Below, piece by piece: positions 10,545-20,444 of a stretch of DNA of 61,152 bases. How positions within the stretch are numbered: the stretch's first letter is position 1; each line of letters begins with the position of its first letter. The notes below the pieces were generated by a model that had not been told where the DNA came from, made no database searches, and saw nothing but the letters and a program-made list of their open reading frames with translations. Origin of the DNA: Candidatus Nanohaloarchaea archaeon (GTDB lineage Archaea; Nanohalarchaeota; Nanosalinia; Nanosalinales; Nanosalinaceae); the NCBI GenBank assembly GCA_041640075.1, contig JBEQAY010000002.1, forward strand, positions 1-61,152. The letters run 5' to 3'. The position numbers and the translations under genes are program-made.

Positions 10545-11666
10545 ATGTCAAGGATAAAGCTCGGGATTCTCGGTGCGACCGGTATGGGTGGAAGAGACGC
10601 AGTGCTGCACCAGGCAGATCTGGATGAAAGCGGTGAAAACTATGCAGATCTGGAGATCGTTACGGGTAGTCCCAGCAGCGCCGGGAGAAAGCTTGGCGAA
10701 GTTTTCCGGGAGAAAGAGGAGAATCTTTCAAGCCGGTACGGTTTCTGGCAGCCACAGGAATGCCCGGAAAAATACAGAGACATGACTGTGGAGGAACTGG
10801 ATGCGGATAGGATCGCTGAAAAAGCCGACTACGTTATCTCAGCGCTTCCAAGTGCCGTGGCCAGAGAGATAGAGCCCGAACTTAGGGATCGTGGCGTAAA
10901 CGTTTTCTCTAACGCTAGTGAGTTCCGATGGAGGGGAGAAGTTCCTCTGATGATACCTGAGGTTAACCCTGAGGATATAGAGATGCTCGAGGATCAAGAG
11001 ACTCCGGGGAAACAGGCGAACAACCCGAACTGTACGACCGCAGGTTATGTGCCTGTTATAGAGGCACTGAGACAGGAGTTCGAGATTAGAGAGGTTGATC
11101 TGGTGACGATGCAGTCGATCTCTGGTAAGGGAGACAAAGTTGCATCTGAAGATTACTCTTCGAGAATCACCGGGAACGCGATAGATGACTGGGACAGAGA
11201 AAGCAACCACAATGGCGAGGAGATCAAGTCGGAGATCGAACCACAGAAAATCCTGGGCTTTGCTGAAACCCGGGAAGAGGCACTGGAAAAACCGGGAATC
11301 GATATCAATGCACAGACCACACGGATCCCTTCACAGTACGGCCACCTGGAATCAGTCAGGATAGAGTTCGATGAGAGAATTTCAGAGGAAAAAGTACGGG
11401 AAGTCCTGGATTCGTGGAGACCTGATTCAAAAGTGATAGAGCTGCCTTCAAGCCCTGAAAATCCGATAGAGGTACTTGAAAACCAGCCTGAACCACGAGA
11501 AAATGTCTTCACCGGGGAAGGAATGACTGTGACTGTAGGAGACATCAGGAAGATAGATGAGAAACGGATCAGTCTATACTCGCTGAGTCACAACTTGAGA
11601 CGTGGCGCCACCTGGACAGCCCGGCAATCCATGGAGCTCTACCTGAAAGAGAAAGAAATACTGTAA
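10545..11666 (+). CDS. asd: Aspartate-semialdehyde dehydrogenase
   Basis: GILGATGMGG, SNAS, PEVN, NPNCTT, MQSISG, GH, HNLRRGA. Confidence 0.9.
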   Translation: MSRIKLGILGATGMGGRDAVLHQADLDESGENYADLEIVTGSPSSAGRKLGEVFREKEENLSSRYGFWQPQECPEKYRDMTVEELDADRIAEKADYVISALPSAVAREIEPELRDRGVNVFSNASEFRWRGEVPLMIPEVNPEDIEMLEDQETPGKQANNPNCTTAGYVPVIEALRQEFEIREVDLVTMQSISGKGDKVASEDYSSRITGNAIDDWDRESNHNGEEIKSEIEPQKILGFAETREEALEKPGIDINAQTTRIPSQYGHLESVRIEFDERISEEKVREVLDSWRPDSKVIELPSSPENPIEVLENQPEPRENVFTGEGMTVTVGDIRKIDEKRISLYSLSHNLRRGATWTARQSMELYLKEKEIL

Positions 11667-11672
11667 AAGTTT

Positions 11673-12074
11673 TCAGCTCCTTTGATTCAGCACCATGTAA
11701 GTCTCGGTACCTTCAACCCCTGAAATACTTCTTACACTGTCCAGTAAACTGTTTATCTCTCGATTATTTCTTCTTTCAATCCTCAGAACAAGATCGTATC
11801 CTCCTGCTACTTCAAGGATTTCTATACCCTTTGGGAACTCTTTCAGAACTTCTTCAATATCTTTCCCGGTCTCAAGTTCCACCATGACAACCGCTCTAGA
11901 TCCTTCTGTAGATGTCTCTACAGTGAATTTTTCTATCACGCCTGATTCCTGCATTTTTTCGATCCTGTTTCTTACTGTTCCCTCGGAGAAATCGACTTTC
12001 TGCGCGAGCTCCGTGAATGAGATCCTGCCGTCTTCCTCAAGAATTTCCAGAATTTCTTCGTCAGTTCTGTCCAT
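11673..12074 (-). CDS. Lrp/AsnC family transcriptional regulator (LysM-like)
   Basis: MDRTDEEIL..L..DGRISFTELA...SEGTVRNRI HTH plus RAM domain; adjacent to the lysine cluster. Confidence 0.9.
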   Translation of the reverse strand: MDRTDEEILEILEEDGRISFTELAQKVDFSEGTVRNRIEKMQESGVIEKFTVETSTEGSRAVVMVELETGKDIEEVLKEFPKGIEILEVAGGYDLVLRIERRNNREINSLLDSVRSISGVEGTETYMVLNQRS

Positions 12075-12162
12075 AAACCTCTTTTTTCGAAGTTTTTCTT
12101 AAGTATTCTTCGGTTTTCGAAACAGCCGTTAGCTCTAATAGAATGGAAAAGAAGTCTCATTC

Positions 12163-12789
12163 ATGGACCATAAGGAGTCCGCGGCCGAGGCTCTCGAAGA
12201 TATTGAATACTTCGAGCAGAACCTGCCTTACAGGGATGTGATCGACTTGACGCTGGTATACCTTGGTGAAAGACCTGCATGCCTCGTCATGGACCCGGGG
12301 AAAGAAGAAGTCAGAAGGATCAAGGAGTTCTGTGAAAAATTCGGTTTCCATGTCCTGGTGAAGAAAAGTTTGGAGTCCTCAGATCTTTCAAAAACAGGTG
12401 TGTTTGTCGCAAGAGAGAAAGACAGGTTGAACATGCTTGAAGACTCCAGCGGAAGGTTTTATGGTTTCTCGGACAGAAAAGTTGGAGAGTTCCTGGGTTT
12501 CCCGGATGAAGACGTTGAATACTTTGCAGAAAATATTGAGAACGGTCCTTTGGAGCCTGAAACCAGAGAGAAAGCTCTGGAACTGGCTTCAGAAAAGATC
12601 ATCTCCAGAGAAGATGTGAAATTTGTGGAACTGGTCACCTATGTCGCCAGGCCTTCAGAAGAAAGTGTTTTACGGGCTGTCAAACGTGGAAAGGATTACA
12701 GGGATGCACTTCTCGAGTTCGACATGGAGACAGGTTCAGATCTTGGTAAACGTTTGATGGAAAATTTTCTGGGTAGACCTGTAATTTGA
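12163..12789 (+). CDS. Hypothetical protein (paralog of 13867-14478)
   Basis: 208 aa ORF sharing motifs with 13867-14478. Confidence 0.7.
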   Translation: MDHKESAAEALEDIEYFEQNLPYRDVIDLTLVYLGERPACLVMDPGKEEVRRIKEFCEKFGFHVLVKKSLESSDLSKTGVFVAREKDRLNMLEDSSGRFYGFSDRKVGEFLGFPDEDVEYFAENIENGPLEPETREKALELASEKIISREDVKFVELVTYVARPSEESVLRAVKRGKDYRDALLEFDMETGSDLGKRLMENFLGRPVI

Positions 12790-12797
12790 GGAAGAGA

Positions 12798-13427
12798 TTA
12801 TTCCACTAGCTGAATCTCTTTTACTTCCTCGACTCCGCCTTCATCTGCCATGGTGATCGAGTAGGCTTTGCCTGATTCTTCGGCAGCGGCGTTGATGAAC
12901 TCTGTGTCGAAGAGTGAGTCGCGGCCGTAGTCTTCGTGGATATGTCCTGAAGCCCAGAGAGCTGGTTTATGTTTGATTATAAGTTCTCTGAACTGCTCGA
13001 ATCCTACGCGGTCGCCTGTGTGGATTCTGTCGCCGAGTTTTTTCGGTGGATAATGTGATCCGACTATCACTTTTGAAGGATCTCCGTGTTCCTCTATAAG
13101 CTCCTCTACCTGTTCCTTGATGTCGTCAGGGAAGTCCCCGCCGATCAAGATCAGAAGGTATTCTTCATCGATATCTGCTTCCAGAAATGCGTAGACCGGT
13201 ACGTCCCCTTCAAGTAGGTCATCGGAGAAGTGTGCGTCTCGGTTTCCTGTGGTGCCGAGTGCCGGGATCTCTATCCTGTCGAATAGATCTTCCGTGTACT
13301 CCTCGTCCATGTAGTCGCCGAGGTTCAGAAAGATGTCGTAGTCTCCGCTATTGGCTTCCTGTATAGCTGCTTCTTTCAGCTCCTCGTCTGCGTGGAAGTC
13401 ACTGGTAAGCAGAATTTTCAAGCTCAT
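12798..13427 (-). CDS. Calcineurin-like metallophosphoesterase
   Basis: SDFH, GD, GNRD, SHYPP, SGHIHE. Confidence 0.88.
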   Translation of the reverse strand: MSLKILLTSDFHADEELKEAAIQEANSGDYDIFLNLGDYMDEEYTEDLFDRIEIPALGTTGNRDAHFSDDLLEGDVPVYAFLEADIDEEYLLILIGGDFPDDIKEQVEELIEEHGDPSKVIVGSHYPPKKLGDRIHTGDRVGFEQFRELIIKHKPALWASGHIHEDYGRDSLFDTEFINAAAEESGKAYSITMADEGGVEEVKEIQLVE

Positions 13428-13481
13428 ACAAGAATTTGGCCCGGCTATTTTTTTAACTCCTGACCTCTGCAGACCCAGGTC

Positions 13482-13832
13482 TTATTTCTCCAGTCCCAGA
13501 TACGCAAGAGTGATGTTGAGCAAGGTTAGAAGTGCCAGAAGTGTGGCCTGAACCCATACACCCATCGACTGGACGGCCTGGGTAACAGTGAACTCGAAGG
13601 TTACACCAGTGAACCAGTTCATCAGCGGTACAGTCATGATGAAAAATGCGTAGCCAAAGATTCCTACAGTGACCGCGTTGTTGAATTTTTCAAGCATGTC
13701 CTGTTCGTTGATCAGTTTGAAGCGGTAGCTTTTCATCGAGTCAACAGGTTCAACGAGAAGGAGGAAGAACATTCCCGGCAGGACAGGTGCTAGAGAGGTC
13801 ATAATCATCGAGGCCAGGACATCGCTTCCCAT
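13482..13832 (-). CDS. Small membrane protein
   Basis: Three hydrophobic segments. Confidence 0.65.
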   Translation of the reverse strand: MGSDVLASMIMTSLAPVLPGMFFLLLVEPVDSMKSYRFKLINEQDMLEKFNNAVTVGIFGYAFFIMTVPLMNWFTGVTFEFTVTQAVQSMGVWVQATLLALLTLLNITLAYLGLEK

Positions 13833-13866
13833 AACTCATATATCCAGAGTCCACGTAAAAATCTTT

Positions 13867-14478
13867 ATGGAGGAGTCAGAGGAACCGGAAGAAGAAAATA
13901 TTCCTGTAGAAACACTGGAAAAATACGTTCTAGACGAGCTCAGAACCTCTGTAGACCTCCAGAAAAGAGCGATGATCACACTGGTCTTCACAGGTGAAAA
14001 ACCAGGAGAAGAAGTGAAGTTCCTGGACGAAAGCAGGGCAGAAAAGTTCCAGGAGTTCCTTGAGGAAACAGGTCTAAATTACCGGAAGAAAGAAAGCGAT
14101 TTCCACGTCAAGTACTTCTTCACAGTCGAAGAAGAGTTCCTGGACCTCCTGGAAGAGGAAGACGGTCGTGTAACAGTGAAGTCCTCGGCCAGGTTCCGTG
14201 GACTACCTGAACCTGTACCTGAGAAACTCCAGAGACACGGAAGGATGGGACTGAAGAGAAAATTTTCCCAGAACCAGGAGGATTTAATGGAGGACGTTCA
14301 GGTAGAGGATAATGAACATCTCTTCGAGTTAGCAGGTTTTCCACCGACCAACTGGGATGAAGTCCAGAAAGCTATAGAGATTGGTGAGCGGCGTGAAGAA
14401 CTCTTGCGCCAGTTCGACAGAAAAAACGATTCAAAACTTGGATCCAGGTTACTGGAAGAACTCAAGTCGAGATCATAG
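13867..14478 (+). CDS. Hypothetical protein (paralog of 12163-12789)
   Basis: 203 aa acidic ORF. Confidence 0.7.
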   Translation: MEESEEPEEENIPVETLEKYVLDELRTSVDLQKRAMITLVFTGEKPGEEVKFLDESRAEKFQEFLEETGLNYRKKESDFHVKYFFTVEEEFLDLLEEEDGRVTVKSSARFRGLPEPVPEKLQRHGRMGLKRKFSQNQEDLMEDVQVEDNEHLFELAGFPPTNWDEVQKAIEIGERREELLRQFDRKNDSKLGSRLLEELKSRS

Positions 14479-14525
14479 AAATTTCTTTGAAAGAGCATTT
14501 AATTACAGATGTCTTAAAGACGTGT

Positions 14526-14993
14526 ATGGCCAGAAAACCTGAGAAAAAAGTCTCTATAACCTGGTTCCTGCAGGGACTTGTTACCACAGCTATACTTTCC
14601 GGAGTATTTACCGCAGTAGTTTACTTCCTGACAGATTACCCCTCCGAAACAGTATTCTTAATACTTCTAATAACTGGAACAGTTATCTCAGCTGTGCATA
14701 CTTTCTACAGGTATGGTTCATGGAGCTTTGAGTTAAGAGACGACCATGTCTACCTTGAACACGGCGTACTTGTCAAAGTCATGACAATGGTTCCTTTCGT
14801 AAGGATCCAGCATGTTGACACCCAGAGAAATATCCTTGACCGCGTCCTCGGGCTTTCAACAGTCGTTATATACACGGCAGGCTCACGGGGCGCCGACGTA
14901 TCCATCCCGGGACTGAGGCCGAAGGCTGCGGAGAAGCTTCAGGAGAAGCTCAGGGACAAAGCCATAGAATCTGAAGACCGTGACGGTGTATGA
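14526..14993 (+). CDS. YdbS-like membrane protein with bacterial PH domain
   Basis: Two TM segments, then VPFVRIQHVD...LGLSTVVIYTAG..IPGL. Confidence 0.85.
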   Translation: MARKPEKKVSITWFLQGLVTTAILSGVFTAVVYFLTDYPSETVFLILLITGTVISAVHTFYRYGSWSFELRDDHVYLEHGVLVKVMTMVPFVRIQHVDTQRNILDRVLGLSTVVIYTAGSRGADVSIPGLRPKAAEKLQEKLRDKAIESEDRDGV

Positions 14994-16438
14994 AGCTCTC
15001 GAGACTCACAATACCTTACAGAGCTCTCAGGAACTCGGCTTCCATAGCCTTTGTAATCATATTTACAGGATCTTTCTCCATCACAGAAGTCAATCTCGTT
15101 TCACTAGGTATTATAGCTGCCTCCGCAGGGTTAATCATACTGATCAACCTGTTCTGGGCGTACCTGGTCTGGAAAAACTACAGCTACAGCTTCAAAGGAG
15201 ATAGCATAAAGATAAAACACGGTGTACTCAGGAAGAAAGACCGGAAAATTCCTTTAAAGCGTATCCAGAACGTTGACGTTAATAGAAATATTTTTCAGAG
15301 AGCTCTTGGGATAGCAGAGGTTAGCCTGGAAACAGCGGGCGGAGACACCACGGAAGCATCCTTCAAGTACCTTGATCTCCAGGATACAAGAAGCATGAGA
15401 GATAAAATACGTGAAAGGAAATCAGAAAGAAGCGAAGATGAACAGGAGAGCACTGAAGCTGAAGAGGAGGAACCGATCTACGAGATCAATGACAGAGAAC
15501 TGCTTGTGCTCTCGTTTACCTCGATTGATGCAAGAGTACTGGCCGCTATATTCGCAGTCTTCGGAGTAGCACCTGCCGTCATCGGAGGTTACATGGAGGA
15601 AGCAGACCTTGGACTTACAGCAGGCCTAGGATTACTGCTTCTAGGTATCACCGGAGCCACATGGATCTCCAGTGCCGTAACAACTTTCCTCCAGTACTGG
15701 GATTTCAGACTGTACAGGAAAGATGACTCTCTTGAATACGAGAGAGGGCTTCTGAACAGGTCCGAAGGTAGTATACCGCTTGGAAAAATCCAGAAAGTGA
15801 CTATGGAGGAAAATCTTCTGAAAAGAATTTTCGGCTACGCCACCCTCAAGATAGACACAGCAGGTTACTCACCGACCCAGTCAATGCAGCAAGGACCTGA
15901 AGCAGCGATACCACTCGCAAAAAAGGCTAAAACACTGAAGATCGCTGAAAATATTCAGGGAATCAAAGACACGGATTGGCAGAAAATAAGCAAACGTGCA
16001 AGGATAAGATACACCTCCCGATACATGATCGCCTCAATACTAGGGACGTCAGCACTATTTTTCACCTCACTGAGCACTGTGCAAATAGCTGGTATAGGTA
16101 TCGTACTGTTTGCTGTATCTGTCACAGGAGCCCACCTGAAATGGAAGAACAAGGGGTTCAATGCCGGTAAGGAACATGCAGTAACTGTCAACGGTTTCTG
16201 GAACCGTTCAACGAACTACATCCCTTACTTCCGTGTCCAGAACCTTATAGAGACAAGGACAGTCCTGCAGAGGAAATGGAGATTGTCTACAGTAGATATA
16301 GATACAGCAGGGACCGGCAACATCATGAACCGTACAGTTGCAGTTGACCTGGACTCGGAAGAAGCTGGAAAATTCAAGCAAGAAGTTTTCGAAAAATTTC
16401 AGAAATCTCTAAGAGATAAACAGGAGAATTCTCTGTGA
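14990..16438 (+). CDS. YdbT-like membrane protein with three bacterial PH domains
   Basis: IPLKRIQNV, IPLGKIQKV and IPYFRVQNL repeats, each followed by (E/D)TAG; coupled to the ydbS-like gene. Confidence 0.85.
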   Translation: MKLSRLTIPYRALRNSASIAFVIIFTGSFSITEVNLVSLGIIAASAGLIILINLFWAYLVWKNYSYSFKGDSIKIKHGVLRKKDRKIPLKRIQNVDVNRNIFQRALGIAEVSLETAGGDTTEASFKYLDLQDTRSMRDKIRERKSERSEDEQESTEAEEEEPIYEINDRELLVLSFTSIDARVLAAIFAVFGVAPAVIGGYMEEADLGLTAGLGLLLLGITGATWISSAVTTFLQYWDFRLYRKDDSLEYERGLLNRSEGSIPLGKIQKVTMEENLLKRIFGYATLKIDTAGYSPTQSMQQGPEAAIPLAKKAKTLKIAENIQGIKDTDWQKISKRARIRYTSRYMIASILGTSALFFTSLSTVQIAGIGIVLFAVSVTGAHLKWKNKGFNAGKEHAVTVNGFWNRSTNYIPYFRVQNLIETRTVLQRKWRLSTVDIDTAGTGNIMNRTVAVDLDSEEAGKFKQEVFEKFQKSLRDKQENSL

Positions 16439-16451
16439 GAGAAATATTTTT

Positions 16452-16934
16452 TCAGTGTCTTTTCAGAGAGTGGACTTCTCCTTTGATCTCGTCTATATCC
16501 GGTTGATTGGCAGGATCTTCAGCCACCCATTTGTACACAATCTTTCCCTCGGTATCAAGTACAAAAACCGCTCTGTTTGCAACACCGTACAGCCCTAGTT
16601 CCGGTATATCAACGTTGACGTCGTAGCTCTGGCTGACTCTCTGACTCATATCACTTACCAGTTCAAAATTGATGTCTCTCTGTTCTCTGAAAGCTTCTAG
16701 GGTGAAAGGTGAGTCCGTGCTGATGCCGACAACGTTTCCACTGCTGCTCTCCAGTCTCTTCTGCAAGTTACCTAACTTCTCCATCTCATCCTCACAGGGC
16801 GATGAAAAAGCTGCAGGGAAGAAAGCAAGTACTACAGGCCCATAATCAAGTTTTCTCTCCAGTACAAATTCGTCTGCACCGTCTCCAACACTTTTCTCAG
16901 AGAAGAACGGTGCAATCTCTCCTTCAGCAACCAT
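16452..16934 (-). CDS. Peroxiredoxin (AhpC/TSA, AhpE/BCP-like)
   Basis: FFPAAFSSPCEDE, GISTDSPF, RAVFVLD; start at MVAEGE. Confidence 0.88.
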   Translation of the reverse strand: MVAEGEIAPFFSEKSVGDGADEFVLERKLDYGPVVLAFFPAAFSSPCEDEMEKLGNLQKRLESSSGNVVGISTDSPFTLEAFREQRDINFELVSDMSQRVSQSYDVNVDIPELGLYGVANRAVFVLDTEGKIVYKWVAEDPANQPDIDEIKGEVHSLKRH

Positions 16935-17065
16935 AAACAGAACTTGGCCAGGCTGAGATATAAACTTTTCCAGAAAACAGTATCTGAAAACCCTAGAAGC
17001 CAGTCCCAGAGAGAAAGGTGGTGAACCATATTTAAGCTTGAGGTCAACCAGTTCAAACACAGGAA

Positions 17066-17140
17066 GCGGTTGTGGTGTAGTCCGGCCAATCATGTCGGCT
17101 TCTCGAGCCGACGACTCGGGTTCAAATCCCGACAACCGCA
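17066..17140 (+). tRNA. tRNA-Glu(CTC)
   Basis: Cloverleaf: GCGGTTG/CAACCGC, anticodon arm TCGGC-TTCTCGA-GCCGA. Confidence 0.95.
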
Positions 17141-17171
17141 AATTTTTCTCCAAATTTATGCTTTTTAATTC

Positions 17172-18839
17172 GTGGATAGTGAAGAGTTATCCGTGGAGAA
17201 TCTCGAAGAAAAATTGAGTCAGCTTGAGAAAGATCTACGAGACCGGGACGCAGATGTTTTCCGAGAAGTGGAGTCCTGGTATTCTGAGTTTAAAGATACC
17301 CTGAGGAAAGAATTGGATGAGGTGGAAAATGAGTACACTGATGAGACATGTGACGTTTCGGAGGTAGTTGCCTTCGCACCGATAAAAAGAATCAGAGAAG
17401 ACTACAGAGAGGATATTTCCGAGGCAGAATTCCTAGTAGGAATGTCGCTCACCCTGATCAAAGAAGAGGATGCTCATAGATTGGTGCCACAGGAACAAGA
17501 TTCCGATGCATGGAGGACCTTCTCAGATCGGTTTGGAATGATCTCGATGGGTCAGATAGGTCCGGAAGATGAAATAGAACTTGATTGGGCTGGAGAACTA
17601 ATCAGATTTCTGAGGGATAGAGAGTATCAGAAGCCTATCGGCAGGTACTACCCGGAGCATGATGCAGTAGCTCTGAACAAACTGTTTGGCTACTCCCAAG
17701 TCGATCCTGAGAAAGTCCCTCTGATCATGCTCCCGCTAATAGGTTTTCTACTGTCGAGATCCGATGATCTGGCAAAGTCAACTCTACTACATGAGATGAC
17801 TCATGCATACATCAGGAAAAGAAGTGGAGCCAAGTTCACAGCTGAAACCTCTGATGTAAATGCAATAGACGAGGCAGCAGCTCAGACAGTAAGCGATCTA
17901 TCAAGTTACTTCTTCAAGCAGGGAGGTAGAGAAAATCTGCCCAGCTCAAGTTACTACATGGATGAAGGCCTAGAAATCGATAGAGAAATTATGCAGGCTG
18001 CTAGAGAGGCCTTGACAAACGCTATCAGAGACAAAGATTCTTCAGAATGGGTAGATACAGTCAGAAAACGTGCAGTAAAAGCCATCGGAAAAATAGAGGA
18101 TGGTGAAGATCCTATCAGAGCGGTGAGAGAAGAAGACGACCACAGGGCAAGAATGATCCGTATCACAGCTTACACCATCAGAGAAACAGTGAAGGATGCT
18201 GTAGAGGATATGCACAGACTGGGTCTCGAGCTGGATTTTATAGGACGTTTCAATTTTGAAAAGTTCATGGATAACAACTCAACCAACCACAGGTTGAAAC
18301 TCGATCTAAGTCCCGAGTATCACGAGACACTTGGCAAACTGAGATCTGACCTTGTTGAACCTTCAAAGGAACTTGAAGAAACAGTTAGAAAGTTCAATCA
18401 GAAAGTTTCTGACGACTATCTTTCCGAAGAATTGAGTGAGAGTGAGAAAAAAGTTCTACAGGAGATCTTCAGCAGCCCGCACTGGACAGACCCTGCAGCA
18501 GAGTCACAGTGGCTCTCAAGTAACCCACAAAGAGGATCTGAAGAGCTTAAAGAACATCTAATCTACCTACTGAAAAGCTACGGGAAAATCGTAGAGGTAT
18601 ACAGGCAGAAATCCGGAGAACTTGAGGAAATACTCAAAGTAGTACTCAGGAAATCCAGAAAACTCGAGCAAGAATACGAAAACGAGAGATACACTAGAGA
18701 TGTAGCAAATCTGGAGAAAAACTCGAAGAAAATAATAAACCAGATTGAGGAAACCGAGCAGAACCTGAAAGCGATCGAGGAAATGATTGAGACCGGAATC
18801 AAGAAAATCCAAGATCTGGAAGAAAAAGAACTAGATTAA
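17172..18839 (+). CDS. Hypothetical protein with gluzincin-like HExxH motif and coiled coils
   Basis: LLHEMTHAY...IDEAAA; heptad-rich termini. Confidence 0.6.
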   Translation: MDSEELSVENLEEKLSQLEKDLRDRDADVFREVESWYSEFKDTLRKELDEVENEYTDETCDVSEVVAFAPIKRIREDYREDISEAEFLVGMSLTLIKEEDAHRLVPQEQDSDAWRTFSDRFGMISMGQIGPEDEIELDWAGELIRFLRDREYQKPIGRYYPEHDAVALNKLFGYSQVDPEKVPLIMLPLIGFLLSRSDDLAKSTLLHEMTHAYIRKRSGAKFTAETSDVNAIDEAAAQTVSDLSSYFFKQGGRENLPSSSYYMDEGLEIDREIMQAAREALTNAIRDKDSSEWVDTVRKRAVKAIGKIEDGEDPIRAVREEDDHRARMIRITAYTIRETVKDAVEDMHRLGLELDFIGRFNFEKFMDNNSTNHRLKLDLSPEYHETLGKLRSDLVEPSKELEETVRKFNQKVSDDYLSEELSESEKKVLQEIFSSPHWTDPAAESQWLSSNPQRGSEELKEHLIYLLKSYGKIVEVYRQKSGELEEILKVVLRKSRKLEQEYENERYTRDVANLEKNSKKIINQIEETEQNLKAIEEMIETGIKKIQDLEEKELD

Positions 18840-18843
18840 TTAT

Positions 18844-19557
18844 CTATTTATCCTCCAGATACATCTTAGGGCTTACGACGAAAAGATATGTCGTCATTAC
18901 TGCGGATGTGAACCTGCTGGCGATGAATCCTGCGATCCCTATGTTCTGGAGGGTGCCCTGCATGGTAAATGCAACGCCTAGCAAGACCAGACTGAACAGC
19001 ATCAGGACTGAGACCTCTCGGGAGTTTCTCCTGGATGCGTTAAAGGAGTTTGAGAAGCTTTTGACCAGTCCATTGTTCTCTGTTATTGATATAGGTAGGA
19101 AGAAGATCGCAAAGCTAAAGCCAAATATCAGGAGTAAGGACACGGCTGCGCCTGCACCTGTAAATATCATCTGTCCGGTCATGAAAGTCAGTACTATACC
19201 CAGTGCTGTTGGAATGTAGAACAGAACTGTGGACACCATGAGAGTTGCAGAGACCGTTAAAAGTGTCTTCCACTGGTTTAAAGTTTTCAGAAAAGATTTC
19301 CTGAGCAATGGCTTGTCTGCAACCATCTCGGCCAGCATCACGGAGACAAAAACTCCAAGGAGCGCTATCAAAGGCATTGAAGCGACGTAGTACAGTAATG
19401 TAGAAAACTGTATGGAGGATACTTGACCTGAGTAAAGAGCCGGGAAGCTCAGGATCCACGCAGTTGAGATTGAAGTCGAAATCAGACGAGGAACAAACAT
19501 CTTCGGCTGATCCAGCAGCATCCTGAAACTTTCCACCAGCACCTCACGAAGCCCCAT
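18844..19557 (-). CDS. Multi-pass membrane protein
   Basis: About six hydrophobic segments. Confidence 0.7.
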   Translation of the reverse strand: MGLREVLVESFRMLLDQPKMFVPRLISTSISTAWILSFPALYSGQVSSIQFSTLLYYVASMPLIALLGVFVSVMLAEMVADKPLLRKSFLKTLNQWKTLLTVSATLMVSTVLFYIPTALGIVLTFMTGQMIFTGAGAAVSLLLIFGFSFAIFFLPISITENNGLVKSFSNSFNASRRNSREVSVLMLFSLVLLGVAFTMQGTLQNIGIAGFIASRFTSAVMTTYLFVVSPKMYLEDK

Positions 19558-19616
19558 AGAAACTGTTTTTGGAAGTAACAGGATAAAAAACACGCCGTCT
19601 GACTAAAGGAAAACCG

Positions 19617-20150
19617 TCAGTGCAGGGTTCCTTCACGGACTTTGTCATCGTAGGCGAATAACGCATAGCCGACCTCGGCAGATGTAAAACCTGTCTCCTC
19701 CGCTATCTCTCTTATCGGCTTAATCATCTTCACGTAGTCGTCTGGTCCAAAGGAGTCTTTTCTTTCCTCAAAGCAGTTGAGCCGTTCCAGGCTTGCCCAG
19801 ACACGTGTATCAACGACCGCATGGTTTTCCGGGTCAAGAGCCGTCAGGACACAGGAGGCCGTGGGCGCCTTGAAACCTTTCAGAGATGAAACCAGAGCTA
19901 TACGCGAGTAATCATCTTCTATCTCAAGTATGTTTGCAGTCACGTTCCTGCATCTTTCAGAAGGATTTTTCTCGACGTGGTACGCACTCCGGGTTGAGGA
20001 CTCGTAAGCTATCTTGTAGAGCTGGTCCCGGGTCAGGTAACCCTGCTCCCGGAAACTTTCACCGTACTCCTCAAGTTTTTCCGGCATCAATCCCTGTGTC
20101 TCAGAATAGTAATCCAGGTTCTCCCTGATGAACTCTCTGTCAGCCTCCAT
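19617..20150 (-). CDS. Hypothetical protein, possibly helix-hairpin-helix glycosylase-like
   Basis: SLKGFKAPTASCVL...VVDTRVW resembles an HhH-GPD motif. Confidence 0.5.
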   Translation of the reverse strand: MEADREFIRENLDYYSETQGLMPEKLEEYGESFREQGYLTRDQLYKIAYESSTRSAYHVEKNPSERCRNVTANILEIEDDYSRIALVSSLKGFKAPTASCVLTALDPENHAVVDTRVWASLERLNCFEERKDSFGPDDYVKMIKPIREIAEETGFTSAEVGYALFAYDDKVREGTLH

Positions 20151-20198
20151 GTCAGGGAATGGGAAGACAAGATTAAACTACTTTTCTCCCAGGAAAAT

Positions 20199-20414
20199 CT
20201 AGAGTTGGTCGTATGCCAGCAATGAAATCATCAAAACCTCACCGACTACAACAAAGAATATTACAAGTACAACAGGATTCTCTGGAAGAAAGTTCAGGAA
20301 AGGTGTCTCATGCTTCACCCAGTACAGACCGATGAAGGTGGAGACCATGGCTAGAGCAGCCACGAACTGTAAAGCAGCTTCCTTCAACGGATTTTTAGAC
20401 GTTGAAACATGCAC
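20199..20414 (-). CDS. Small two-TM membrane protein
   Basis: 71 aa, two hydrophobic helices. Confidence 0.55.
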   Translation of the reverse strand: MHVSTSKNPLKEAALQFVAALAMVSTFIGLYWVKHETPFLNFLPENPVVLVIFFVVVGEVLMISLLAYDQL

Positions 20415-20444
20415 AATGGCAGGATGAGTCAGGTAAAGATTTTT

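Noticed and set aside
16935-17153. N-terminal extension of the peroxiredoxin ORF
   Set aside because: It runs antisense through tRNA-Glu; the true start is probably 16934
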